A DNA stretch of 35,190 bases from Octopus bimaculoides (Eukaryota). Numbering within the stretch: position 1 is the first letter of the stretch; every line of letters begins with the position of its first letter. The notes beneath the pieces were generated by a model. The model ran no database searches. It saw only the letters and a program-made list of their open reading frames with translations, and had not been told where the DNA came from. Position numbers and translations under genes: made by a program. Of this stretch, positions 1 to 12,496 are shown one piece after another. The DNA lies in contig NC_068984.1 in assembly GCF_001194135.2 (NCBI RefSeq), positions 132,213,732-132,248,921 on the forward strand. Direction: 5' to 3'.

Positions 1-243
1 GGCACATAAAAGACACCATTTCGAGCGTGGCCGTTTTCGTGCGGGTGACACGTAAAAGCACCCACTACACTCTCTGAGTGGTTGGCGTTAGGAAGGGCAT
101 CCAGCTGTAGAAACTCTGCCAAATTAGACTGGGGCCTGGTGTTGCCATCCGGTTTCACCAGTCCTCAGTCAAATCGTCCAACCCATGCTAGCATGGAAAG
201 CGGACGTTAAACGATAATGATGATGATGATGATGATGATGATG
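1..243 (+). mobile_element. RTE-like LINE 3' module (family C), truncated by the window edge
   Basis: ggcacgtaaaagcaccc unit, ggttggcgttaggaagggcatccagc, catgctagcatggaa and a (GAT)n tail. The tail resembles RTE/Rex3-type 3' ends (recalled). Confidence 0.8.
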
Positions 244-552
244 TCTAAACAAGTGTGTATATGTAAACTTCCATGTGTAAGCATATACTTACAAACATCT
301 ACACACACACACAGATATATGTATGAACATATATAGATATATGAATTTTATATTTATCTATATAAATAAATACACACACAAACATGTATATATGCATATA
401 TACCTACAGTTTCTCTACAACAAGAACCTGCTCTACCCCAACCTTTTCCCTCATACCTTAATCCCATCTAACATAAAAATGCACCCTACCTCCTCAGGTT
501 TGTAGATTTGTTAGCTACATGATGACCATAATAATGTCAGAGACACAAAACA

Positions 553-728
553 AAAAAAGCACCCAATACACACTGTAAACTGGTTGGCGTCAGGAAGGGT
601 ATTGAGCCATAGAAACCATTCCAACACAGACAGTGGAACACAACACAGTCCTTGAACCATTGGATCCTGGTCAAAACCATCCAAACCACGTCAGCACGGA
701 ACATCGACATTAAATGGTGATGATGATT
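553..728 (+). mobile_element. Diverged RTE-like 3' module
   Basis: ggttggcgtcaggaaggg...gtagaaacc...ttaaatggtgatgatgat. Confidence 0.65.
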
Positions 729-738
729 ATTTGTATAT

Positions 739-883
739 GCTGTGTAGTAAGAAGCTTGCTTCTCAACCACATGGTTCCGAGTGCAGGCCTACTGTATGGA
801 ACTTTGGGCAAGTGTCTTCTACTATAGCCATGGGCCAACCAAAGCCTTGTGAGTGGATTTGGTAGATGGAAACTGAAAGAAGC
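739..883 (+). mobile_element. SINE family A head fragment
   Basis: caaccacatggttcc...ttgggcaagtgtcttctactatagcc...gaaactgaaagaagc. Confidence 0.8.
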
Positions 884-1707
884 ATACATACATATATACT
901 TATGCTATTCCTTCACCAACTCTTACCTGCTTTATTCGACAAGCCTTCAAAAGTGTAGTGGAACAGGTCGTGGGTTATAATGTTGAAAAAGTATGTTAAA
1001 AAGATCAGAAACAGGAGGTTATATTGATGTAAAAATGTGTTGATGTAACGCAGGTTGGCAGGAATTGACATAGTTATGAAAAAGGAGAGTAAAATGAGGT
1101 TGGTGTGACACACAGATACAATAATAATAATAATAATAATAATAACTCAATGAACATGGATTATTTCAGAACTATATATGATTTATTGTCTGAAGAACAT
1201 TCCAGAACAAACGAACAAACAAATAAATGTAAAGAAATAACATATACATAGATTAAGTGATGAAGTTAAATAATTTAAATATTAAATTGTAAGCAGAAAG
1301 CTATGGGAATGTCCTTTCGCTTGTGGTACAACTACAAAATAACTTCAAAACAGTCACAACCAAATCTCAAAAGGTCAAGAAAAAAAAAAAACTTCCTCTT
1401 CCCAAAAGTGAAGAATACAACCATTTAGCTTAGATTCCACCACTGTTGGTTGGACTGAGATGTACTTTAACCAGCGGTCAAGATATATGACCTTTTTTGT
1501 TAGTTTGTTTTTGCTGTACTGAATGGTCAGTGAAAGAGATGAAAATGGACGGTGGTGGTAATAAGAAACTTCGTAAAATATCTTGACTGGGTTTTGAAAC
1601 CCTGGTTTGCATATGGATGGAGCCATGAGTCAAGTGCCTTAACTACTCTCACAACACCAACACATATCCACATACACATGCAAACATACACACACACACA
1701 TGCAAAT

Positions 1708-1745
<38 letters not shown>

Positions 1746-2919
1746 TCAAATTCAGAGTCTATGTCAAATATTTTATTATTCTATGCATCTTAGGGGTCAT
1801 CCAAATTTGTTGAGGATTTGACCTTTCTTTGAACACATCGAGATAAAGAATCAGTTGATCTAGAAAAATTAATTTCACAAGATTATGGCTACAGAAGTAA
1901 CAAACAGTTAAGTTAATTTCCCTTACTTCAGATAATGGCCAAGTAGATCACTTTATTAGTTAATAGCCCAGCTGTCACTTTACTAGTTAAGATATCAGAT
2001 TGATCCCAGCTTAACTAACTGTCAAGTGACAATTCATCATGTAAAATCTTCAGTAACCCAGTTTGCTTACTATTTAGTCAACTAGCTGGTCATTACCTCA
2101 GTTAAATGCTCAATAATTCAAAATGACAGCTCAGTATCTCCACCAACTATTCTCTTTGCTGGTGAATTAACAGTTGAGCTATTTTAACCAATAAACTCTC
2201 AGCAGATAAACTTACAACCTAATTAACTGAGCCACGATTCCACCAAGCAGGGCACAGTAGGCAGTTGCCCAGAGGCCTCATGGGCCTAGGGGTCAAATTC
2301 TGATGTATATGCTGCACCTTGCTGTTAATAGATATATTCTATAAAGTCCAGTGCATTAGTTTGCTGAAGGGTCTATAATGTTGCTAAGATGGCCCCGCCG
2401 CGAAATTAAACAACTGCCCATAAACTGAACTCAGCTGATTCCTACTAAGAAATCTTTTCAACTCAGTGGGTTTATTTGATACTTTCTTCTTAGATGAGTT
2501 CATCATCACCTTAAAGGAGCTTATGGCCACAACATTAGATGGCTCAGCCTACTAACTTTTGTATATGGTTTGCAAGATTCTTGATGTGAACTTGTGTATT
2601 GAAATATGTTTTGTTGTATCATGAGAAGGTCATTACATCTGTCCTAACAGACAGACAGTCAGAAAGACCTGAAACGGACCTGGAGTAGAGAGGGTGTGTC
2701 ACTGACGAGGTCATGAATGGCAACAAAAAGGCATTGACAAAGTTGATTGATTGATTGATTGATTGACCAGAATGATTAATCAAACAATTGATTAATTAAC
2801 GGATAATATAGCTAACCGACTGACAAATAAAAAATAAAGTGAAGCAGAACCAGTGTGTATGCATGTTTATATTGGCATAATGACCCTCCCAAGATACATA
2901 TACCTATCAGCATCTCCAG

Positions 2920-2952
<33 letters not shown>

Positions 2953-3199
2953 ACAAGGTAGAGAAACATGCAATTATAGACCCCTTTCTTCAAAGAGCAG
3001 TTAGTTCTGCAGCCCAGTCTTTGTTTTTAAATTATTTACTTTGAGGACATTTTATGGTAAATATCAAAAAGATGAAGTGATTACTGATTGTACATAGCAG
3101 TTTTAGTGCAGGTGTTACATAGAAGTGCATCAATGAAGGTGATTAGTATTATATCATATACTAGTAAAGAAGCATTATGTAATAGTGGCTTTAAATTTT

Positions 3200-3390
3200 G
3201 ACACAAGGCCAGCAAATTTGGGGGAGGGGTAAGTTGATTACACTGATCCCAGTCCTCGACCGGAACCTATTTTATCAACCCCAAAAGGATGAATGGCAAA
3301 GTCAACCTCAGCAGAATTTGAACTCAGAACATAAAGACAGACAAAATGCCACTAAGCACTTTGCCCTCTGTGCCAACGATTCTTCCAGCT
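3200..3390 (-). mobile_element. SINE family B, older copy
   Basis: ggatgaatggcaaagtcaacctc..gaatttgaactcagaac core. Confidence 0.75.
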
Positions 3391-3407
3391 CAGTGTTATG
3401 TAATATT

Positions 3408-3624
3408 CTTTTCTACTCTAGGCACAAGGCCTGAAAATTTTTGAGAAGGGGGCCAGTTGATTAGATCGAACTCAGTATGCAACTGGTACTTAATTTATTG
3501 ACCCTGAAAGGTTGAAAGGCAAAGTTGACCTTGGTGGAATTTGAACTCAGAATGTAAAGACAGACGAAATACCACTAAGCATTTCGCCTGGTGTGCTAAC
3601 ATTTTTGCTAGCTCGCCAACTTAT
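3408..3624 (-). mobile_element. SINE family B (variant tail) with TSD
   Basis: Perfect 14-bp TSD TGTTATGTAATATT (3394-3407 / 3625-3638); inserted just beside an older copy at 3200-3390. Confidence 0.85.
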
Positions 3625-3913
3625 TGTTATGTAATATTGCACAGCATGTTTAACTTTCTGTAAATTTGAAAAGGTACAGCTTACTGTATTAGTACAACTA
3701 TAGTGTAACTTGTTTTCATATATATATATGTATATACATGTATGTATATCTAGTGTACAAACAAATAATGAAGAGAGTAATCAAAAGCAGTATTTTTCTA
3801 TTCCTTTACTGGAAACTGAAGCTTTTTTCTGTTGCATCTCACTCTTCTAAATCTGTTGTGACCCATCAGATTTCAAATTAGATGAGAGGTGCTCCAGGTC
3901 CCAGCAATTGTAA

Positions 3914-4018
3914 AAGTGTGTGTGTGTGTATATATACATACATACACACATATATATATACATACATACATACACACACACACATATATATACATACATA
4001 CATACATGGCCAACTTGG

Positions 4019-4070
<52 letters not shown>
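3914..4070. repeat. Compound (TG)/(TA)/(CATA) microsatellite
   Basis: Directly visible; explains the overlapping YIYI/HTHT ORFs. Confidence 0.95.
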
Positions 4071-4080
4071 NNNNNNNNNN
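4071..4080. other. Assembly gap (10 N)
   Basis: N run. Confidence 1.
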
Positions 4081-4158
4081 TAACATCTGCTTTCCATGCT
4101 AGCATGGGTTGGACGATTTGACTGAGGACTGGTGAACCAGATGGCTACACCAGGCTCA
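4081..4158 (-). mobile_element. RTE-like 3' module fragment next to a gap
   Basis: Reverse complement of 150-210 and 18525-18600. Confidence 0.75.
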
Positions 4159-5002
4159 TGTTTCTATACATATATGTATGTATATGCACTAGACATTTGT
4201 GAGCACAACTTCAGTAGGCCACCATCTGAGGACAGTCTAAAATAACAGTACAGGGTATGTGCCTCATTTCAACTTCCTCGTTTCTGTTTCAGACGTATTG
4301 ATAACATTAACATAGCAGATTCTAATCTGACACAGAAAATGAGAAAGGCATGTAATAATAATGGTCCTAACCAGGAACCATAAGGACATGAATGTGGGCA
4401 AGTCCTCCATATTCAGGAAAAAAAAAGAAAAGAAAAGAAAAGAACTGTAGTCAGACATTATTTTTAGGCAGGTCAAATACATCATCAACAACTCTAAGAG
4501 GTCAAAATGAGAGCCATCATCAAGTAGTTCAGAGATCACTATTAGACGTGATGCCCCAAAACAGTAGATACAAGATGGTGATGAGTTGAGGGCTGTTCAT
4601 ATTCAGCAGAACCTAGAAAAATTGTGCGATTATGTGGCCCTTAAGATACCGTAACTTCCTAACTATCCTGATTTGAAATTCTGAATTGCTATCTCTGAAG
4701 CACTGCCAGCGGGGAAGGAGAACTGGGCACCAGCTTTATGGTACAAAAGGCTCAAATGGGGGCTGGCATTATAGGTAGGGTGAGTAAGTTGGACCTCCTG
4801 ATTTGGACACGCAGTCACTTGTATGACTGTAGCAGGGTCTCATTGGTGCTGACGTTAGTTTTGTTGAATAGCTTATTTCTTTATTGTTTGGGCTCAAATA
4901 TGTCTGTCTGTTCTTCTAGGAGTTTTTTCATTTTTTTCTGTTTGGTGCCTTTGTTTTACTTTGGGCTGTGCTTCGTTCTCATTTGCCAGGTGCAACCTGT
5001 GT

Positions 5003-5004
5003 GC

Positions 5005-5036
<32 letters not shown>

Positions 5037-5122
5037 ATGTGTGTGTGTTTATATATATTTTTTTTTATACCAAAAATTTGGCTAAAGTATATAGTATCTG
5101 TTAACAATCTTATACTCACAGT

Positions 5123-5163
<41 letters not shown>

Positions 5164-5185
5164 AACACAAATATATATATACAAT

Positions 5186-5216
<31 letters not shown>

Positions 5217-5285
5217 GTACATACACACAAATACATATATACATATGTATTTATGAATATATACACACATATACATGTGTGTGTG
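5003..5285. repeat. Compound (TA)/(TG)/(CA) microsatellite region
   Basis: Directly visible. Confidence 0.9.
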
Positions 5286-7063
5286 TTGTTGTTTATCCTT
5301 AATCAAATAAAATATTCATCAAATGTATCTAGTCCTTAGATGCCTCAAAAAAATTGATATTTTAGCAAGCATTTAGACTAGGTACAAGCTTCCCTCCACT
5401 CTTTTCCTTTTGATGTTCAGTATTCCAACCATGACCATCCTGTCTATTCATCAAGTACAGTTTATCTAGGACTATATTATCCTGCTATTTCTTGCAGACC
5501 ATGAAGAGGCTCTCTCATTACCTTATACACACACACGTGTATATTTAGAAGGTCCCTTACAGACACCCCAATAGACCCAGGGTAGATGAGACTCTTCAGC
5601 TCCTCATCCAAGGGAAGGTAATTCCATACAAATCCTGCACCCTGACAACTACTGGACTCGTAGCACTTGTTGCACTAGACCAATACAAGTCCGAAAGATG
5701 AGAGAATGGGATTGGTCCTGCACAAACCATGACCACTGTAATAATATTCATTGTGCAAGTTATTTAACAAACCAAGACACTACCACCAACACCATCACAC
5801 TTTCTTCATAAATCCAGTGGCTAAAGGGAAAGAGGTGACAGCGATAGGAGGAAGATGTTACTAGGGGTCTTCACTATAACTTTGCACACGGGCAGTCATG
5901 GAGTGATGGTTGTTATGAAACTGTGTCTTGCTGAATCTTCATGTACTGAAGCGATGACATAGTCCACCAAACACACATCTTTCATATGTTAACAGTTTCC
6001 CATCAGCCAGAGATCTAGAATAGTTCAAACTCAACAGCAATCTCATTGAGTCTTGAAGGTCCAAAACAAGCTACAAGTTCTATCCTTTCTCTATGAAGAG
6101 TTAGTGAAATGATATTCATATATAAGAATCAGAAATGAATTTTTAATTCATTTGAACAACTAGATAGATACAAGTAGTGCTACAAACCATTCATTCTAGC
6201 AAAGCTAATTATTAAAAGATTAACTTTTCAGACTCCAAGGACCTATATGTCTGATGCTCAACTTCAGTTTTTCATAGAAAATAACAAAGAAAAGTATTCT
6301 CTTGTACAGTCCAATAGCTTATTAAAGTAACTTCCTCAAAGAGCAACAGCACCTAATATCCTGGTCGTTAAAATGAGAAAATGTAGAATTAAAGTTCTCA
6401 ACCCAGCTTTCCCCTAAAAGGCCCTTGTACCCACTCTGCACAGTTAAGTGAATTGAAGTTATGTAGAATTAAGTACCAAAGAAACACCTTAAGTGGAACT
6501 AAGCTCAGTTTTTAGGCCACACATTGAATATCTTTTCCATACAGCTATGTTATCTTTCCAAAAGAAATCCTAATTATGTTACTGAGTATCATGCAACTGT
6601 GCCAGAACATAACAACCTCTTGAGTGTTCATAGTTCCACAATAAAAATCGGAGTGCACTCTGTAAAGCAGTTGGTGGACAGAAAGGGGACATAACTAGCT
6701 GTAGAAACCAAACCAAATATAAAACAATAAGATATGGGCCTCTGCTTTGTCTAGGAAGGCAGTAATTCTGAATAGGATCTAACCCAGACAGTGATGACCT
6801 GTCCAATCTAAGCCAATATGGGAAGCAGATATAAAAGGGGTGATGACAATTTTTATCATATTCTTTTCTTTATATACCATATTATTTTACATAAGCAGCA
6901 GGGAGCAAATTGATAAAAAAAAATGAGCAATGGGAAACTGAGAATTTCATATTTCTCCCTAAGCACTCAAACTAGTTGGATATGACATTTAGAAATGCTA
7001 GTCTTCTTTAGTTGGGTCATATATCAGAAATAAGTTTACACAGATAATTATTTAATAAAGAAG

Positions 7064-7213
7064 CACTAGCGTAGCTAGAGTGTGTGTCGTTCGGGGCGGC
7101 CCTTCCATTTTCCACCCCCGCAGATCTAACAAAAATACATATTGCCTATAGCAGACCCAAAAGTGCTACCTGGGGTGGACTGCCCCTACTGTGCCCCACT
7201 AGCTACACTAGTG
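7064..7213. mobile_element. hAT-like MITE (150 bp)
   Basis: 15-bp TIR CACTAGCGTAGCTAG / CTAGCTACACTAGTG (14/15); 8-bp flanks TAAAGAAG / AAAAGAAG (7/8) consistent with an 8-bp TSD; GC-richer than the surroundings. Confidence 0.75.
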
Positions 7214-7660
7214 AAAAGAAGTATTTGTAACTTTTGTCTTTATGACACTATATTTAGGACGTATTCTAATTTAGGTGACTTTGTTCCTTATTTTTTTCTT
7301 TAAATGAACTTAGCAAATATAACTAATTTGAGACACTAGTTAATCTGAATCTACAATGCCATTAACGAATACTTAGAATAATTTTTTTTAATGCCACGAA
7401 AAAGGAAAGCAAGAGTATTTCTATTGTATGTGTCTGAGGAGAAGGAAGAGGACTGCACAAAAACCTGATGGGAAGAGGAGGGGGTTTTCAGTTGTGAAAG
7501 TTGGAGAGATGGAATTTGGTTTGGGGTGGTTAGTACTGTATAAAGAAGGTTCAAAGAGCTTGCAATACTTGGTCTGTTTTCAGAAATCGTGGGTCCATGA
7601 ATATTGGAGGATTGCATACTTTGTGTTTTTGTGTGTGTGTGTGACAGAGAGGGGGAGAAA

Positions 7661-7758
7661 GAGAAAGAGATAGGGGAGAGAGAGAGAGGTGGGGAGAAAG
7701 AGATAGGGGAGAGAGAGAGAGGTGGGGAGAAAGAGAAAGAGAGAGAGGTAGGTGACAC

Positions 7759-7789
<31 letters not shown>

Positions 7790-7790
7790 A
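7661..7790 (+). repeat. GA-rich minisatellite (two perfect 33-bp units) plus (GA)n
   Basis: gagaaagagataggggagagagagagaggtggg x2 at 7661-7726. Confidence 0.9.
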
Positions 7791-7929
7791 GAATGGTTGC
7801 TGCAACAAGCACAAGAAAGGAAGATCAGCAATATAGACTACATATGGTGCCAAAGATCCCACCATACAGTAGCACCAATTAATTAATATCACAGAATTTC
7901 TTACTATATTCCTTCCATTAATTCTTTAA

Positions 7930-8130
7930 CTGGTTTTAGTCATTGGACTGTGGCCATGCTGGGGCACCACCTTCCAGGACAAAGCTGATTACATCAACCT
8001 AAGTACATGTTTTATCAACTATGGAAGAATGAAAGGCAAAGTGGACCTGAGTGGGGTTTGAACTCAAAACATAGAGATAACCAAAATACTACTGGTATTT
8101 TGTCCATGCTCTACTGATTCTGCAGTTTGC
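7930..8130 (-). mobile_element. Chimeric SINE: family B-type head with family A-type 3' end, old
   Basis: gaatgaaaggcaaagtggacc...tttgaactc joined to gtcattggactgtggccatgctggggcaccacc. Confidence 0.6.
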
Positions 8131-9225
8131 TCCACCCACTTATATTAGTTGTGTTTTTTTTTTATTTACAAAATGACTCTTAGAAGAATTACAGAAAGCT
8201 GAGATTGTAAGACCGAAATGGAATTTATCAAGAATAACACACCATGTATAAGGTGGCGGTAGGGAGTTCTGTTATCTTGAAATGGAAAGGTGAAGGGAAT
8301 AAAGATGGATGATTCTATGAATATTCTCATGTTCTTACAGATCAGTGAATGAGTATTTGATTAATAGTAAAGAGAAGAGGCAGTTAATGCAGAAGAGGGA
8401 GAAATGTAATGAATTGGATCACATAATTTGGTTAGTAATCATTTTGACCATTAATAAACCAATTATATAACATTTCATTTTCCTGTTTTGATAAGTGTAC
8501 ACTTGCATCAAGGCTGAGTTACATTATCCATGTGCAGTTAATAAATCTGTTTTGCAACTATGTGGTTGAAGGTTCAATCTCACTGTATGGCATCTTAGAC
8601 GAGTATCTGCTACCACAGCCTCAGATTGACCAAAGCCTTCTGAGTGAAATCTGGTAGATGTAAACTGTTCTTGAATGCTAAATTTAATCCTATCTTCAAC
8701 ACGCAATCTGAGATAAAGTGCAACAGAGGAATAAATAACCAAGATTTTTGTTGGGGGATTTTTACCCTTCAAAACTTAATTTTAAATTAAATAAACCGTT
8801 AAGTTTGAAGAGTTTTCAATGTGAGATTTTTAAAAGTAAAAGCTGATTAAATATGCTGATAATGAAATTTACCTAATTATGATTTAGAATATAAAGTGGA
8901 TAAATACACAGGAGGCAGCGTTGCAGAAGAAACATTATAGTTGGCGAATTAAAGGGTTTGGTACTAAGAGTTTTTAAGCAGAAACAACAAAGTGAGCTGT
9001 TTAATCCATTTGTTGATCTGGATACGATGAAGGCTAACAGATAAGGTGAACCAGGCATGCAAACTACAACAGTAAAATTTCAAAGTGAGTTGAATAATGA
9101 TGTGAAAATATATAACAGTATGTAGTTGATGGATGATACAAGTAGGTGAGGAAACTACAAAAGAGTGAGGGTGTGTTGAGTATTAAAGTGGACACTTAAA
9201 TGGTGTCCTCCTGGCCTCAGCAGTA

Positions 9226-10650
9226 GAAACCTTGAAATACACAGAGTACGTTTCTTCTTTCTCAGCATTGGTATCTATCATACAGGGTACACAAAAATTT
9301 AAATACTTGTCGATCATTCATTGATATGTATAGTTTTGTAAATACAATTTCAGAAACAAAAATTTGAGATTTTTTTTTTAAGAAGTTTAAATCATGAAAT
9401 CAAATGATTTAGATTACACATTAACAGTAGCTTAGATTGTAAAAATTTCAAAACATTACAGTCAACAAATCAAACAACGCTTCACTCGAGAAAAGACTAG
9501 CAGAAACTTACGCATTTATCAGAGACTAAGATAGTAAAATACAGGATAATAAATTATAAGTAATAAACAAAATATGACATTATAAACTGGAGGGAAAAAA
9601 ATCCTGCAGTAACAAGGTTTATTTTCACAGTTGTAAAATTTCTTTTTGGAAAAAACTGAAGTGAGGTGTGTCAATTGTAGATCTAGGGTAGTTTCAGCTA
9701 AAGATTGGGGGAGTGGTGTCTGTTAAGGATTGTAAAGTGTTGCCACTAGTCAGCTGTGGAGTGGTGTAAGTTGTGGGTTGTAGGGTGGAGTAATTATAGA
9801 TAAGGGGCTGTATCAGTTGAAGAAGGTGATGTAGTATCCATTGTGTAATGGTGTCAGGCTTGGATTGTAGTGCAGTGTTAGTTGTGAATTGTAGAGGAGC
9901 ATTGGTCATGCATCGGAGAGTGTGTCTGTTAAGGAATGGGAAGCAGTGTCATTGGTCGATTAAGAAGTGGTGTTAGTTGTGGGATGGTGATGGCTATCAG
10001 TAGTTTGTTGAGTAGTGTCCACTGTGAATTATGGGTTGGTGTTTGTTGTGGATGGTGGAGTGAAATCAAGAGCAGACTGTGGTGTAGTGTCTATTGTAAA
10101 GTGTTATCAGTTTGATAGTAGAGTGGTAAGTTTCAGGTAAAGATCGTGGGATGTTGTCTATTGGGAATTGTGAAGTGTTGCTTGTTGTGAATTATGAAAA
10201 CCTTGAAATATACAGAGCACATTTCTTCTTTCTCATCATTGGTACATGTCATACTTTGTACACATACATTTAAATACTGGCCAATCATTCATTGATATGT
10301 ATAGTTTTGAAAAACACAATTTGGGAAACAAAAATTTTAGATATAAGAAGAGGTTTAAATAACGAAATCAAATTTTTTTAGTTTACACATTGAGAATGAA
10401 GTTTAAGTTGTAAAAATTTCAAAACATTACAATTAACAAAATAAACAGATTTTTTCATTTCAGTAGAAACTCAAGCATTTATCAGAGGCTGAATATAGCA
10501 AAATACAGAACTGTAAACTGTAAGTAATAAATAAAATAAGATGCTATAAATTGGAGAAAAAAAATAATAAATTCCTATAGTAACAAGATTTATTTTCACA
10601 ATTGTAAAATTTGTTTTTGGAAAAAAAATTGAACCTCACTTCATCAATTT
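9226..10650 (+). repeat. Diverged ~435-bp direct repeat pair (9226-9660, 10196-10632) flanking a G/T-skewed degenerate tandem region
   Basis: Colinear shared blocks: aaccttgaaata-acagag, atcattcattgatatgtatagttttg, gtaaaaatttcaaaacattaca, gcatttatcagag, gtaacaag-tttattttcaca-ttgtaaaatt. Confidence 0.85.
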
Positions 10651-11070
10651 TGCAAAAAAATGTTTTTTTGAAAATATGGACGTAATCACAATTGCTTGAG
10701 ATATGGTTAGTGGGTAAGATGGCTTGGTTCAGTGACTAAAGAGGAGAAAGTATCAAAGAAATATAGCTTTTGTTTGTTTGTTTGATTTTTCTTACTAAAA
10801 GTTTTAATTTATTTCAGTTTTACTTTGAATGCATAAAGGTGATGAACTTTGAATTTTGTTATGTCATCTTTTCATGTTGAATGTCTATGTTGCCTGTAAC
10901 ATTATACTCTGAATTACTGGATGGAGGTTTCGTACCTGGTAACAAATAGAAACAGCAATGTAAGTTATTGTGTTTAAGAATTTCAATCAAGCAATATCAT
11001 AAAATCACACAGCCTCACATGACCATAAATCATTAAAATCCATGCATAAGAATTTACTAAGATAAATTCC

Positions 11071-11304
11071 CCATATGCAAATTATGAATATTACAATTAT
11101 TGTGTAACTCCAAGTATCCTGAAACAGCTGTCGAGTTGAGAAATTATATATTTTCTTCTTCTTCATCATTATCATCAGCAGCAGATGTTAAACGATGATG
11201 ATGACGAAGAAGAGAAAAATAAAATACATAATTTCTCAACTTGACAGCTGTTTCAGGAAGCTTGGAGTTACACAATAATCATGATATCCATAATTTGCAG
11301 ATGG
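11071..11304. repeat. Long inverted repeat (foldback), ~105-bp arms, 17-nt loop
   Basis: 11076-11153 vs reverse complement of 11221-11299 about 90% identical; inner (TTC/CAT)n pairs with (GAT/GAA)n; loop 11177-11193. Confidence 0.9.
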
Positions 11305-11368
11305 AATATGCAAAAGTCTTGGGAATGCAACCACTAAACAGTAATACAGATATATTACAATAAGTTCA

Positions 11369-11415
<47 letters not shown>

Positions 11416-11591
11416 TATACACGTCACCATATGATCAAATCATTACAAGATCATATCATTACATAACCACAAAAACACATGATACCTTCCTTAGATCAAC
11501 TCGTTATACAACCATTAGTGGATAGTTGTGGAAAATTCATGGATGATAAAGCATTCAATTTTATAGTTAACTACATGTGACAAACTGTATT

Positions 11592-11792
11592 TAAACCTTC
11601 CCTTATCATATTTCTATTGCAATGCATTATCCTTATTTCAAGAAAAAAATTAAGAATTTACCAAGATAACTTCCACATTATTAAGCTGGTGTTTGGAATA
11701 TAAATTAACATGAAATTTAGATCAGTTTGAACAGGGAATTTGTATCATTGAACCAAGAGCAGTTTCAGGCAGGTTGGTATCAAAAAGGTAAA
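11592..11792. mobile_element. Degenerate copy of the TTAA-ended MITE family
   Basis: Shares aagaattta..aagata..., attaagctggtgtt and the ggttggtatcaaaa-gg end with 31064-31294. Confidence 0.6.
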
Positions 11793-12267
11793 AGAGATTA
11801 ACGCAATAAAATATCATTTACTAAATAATGGAATATATATACTGTTATCTGTTATATAAAATGTTTATACACGGACAGTTAAACTGATAATGTATGTTTA
11901 AGTTTCTATTCAGTATTCACCTAATTAAATGACTTGTCAGTGTTTAAATGAAACAGAATGGCATAGTGAAAGCATCATAACAGCTAATTGACAACGCCAT
12001 CAGCAGATTTCATTATAACAGGATAACGAGTAATATAGATGCGGGTATGGCTGCACCCAACAGCAAACTCTTACACTGTACTACCCCAAACCATCATATA
12101 TAACATGCTATTCACTCAGTCTACACGATTTCAGACATACACTTCAACCATGTTATAATCTCAGTAGTATTTCAGATACATACCCCTACCATGCTGTAGT
12201 CTTACCTATAACATGGCAGTAGGGTGGAGTACCTGTGTGATGTTTGGGGTGGTACAAATTGAAAGTA

Positions 12268-12496
12268 CAGGGTGCGGCAGAAAGGCTGCCCTGATTTCAA
12301 AGTTTAATAAAAATACAAACTCTTCAACAACAAATGCATGATGCTCTCCACTCCAGGCCATGGGGGGTACTACCTGAAACGGAAAAAAAAATGGCATTTA
12401 ATGAACTTCATAGAAGTACAAAGTTTCTTCATGCATCTTCATGTGTTTGTTTTTTATTAACCTTTGAAATCGGGACAACCTTTTTGCTGTACCCTG
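12268..12496 (-). mobile_element. Non-autonomous Tc1/mariner-superfamily element (MITE-like internal deletion derivative)
   Basis: About 35-bp TIRs (CAGGGTGCGGCAGAAAGGCTGCCCTGATTTCAAAG vs the right end, ~6 mismatches) and TA on both flanks (12266-67, 12497-98). Internal 12361-12317 reads MAWSGEHHAFVVEEF, resembling the N-terminus of DUF4817-type transposases. Confidence 0.85.
12453..12458 (-). terminator. Candidate polyadenylation signal AATAAA of THADA
   Basis: First AATAAA/ATTAAA on the minus strand after the stop (about 160 nt downstream); it lies inside the mariner-type element. Confidence 0.5.

Noticed and set aside
150-172. CTGAGGA..GAAA on the minus strand of the RTE-like tail, and CTGATGA..GAAA at 32620-32647
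   Set aside because: No stem II or NUH geometry; the second is a chance variant of the SINE consensus CTTGTGA.
913-1113. 66-aa minus-strand ORF ending at a strong CAG|GTAAGA donor (927/926)
   Set aside because: No convincing acceptor, no recognisable homology, no partner exons.
2920-2950. 31-nt poly(A) run as a processed-pseudogene tail
   Set aside because: No upstream coding relic or TSD identified.
4264-4860. 91-aa minus ORF (ISELLDDGSHFDLLELL...) and a stop-interrupted plus frame vaguely like a LINE RT C-terminus
   Set aside because: No supportable splice structure and the similarity is too weak to assign; needs BLASTx.
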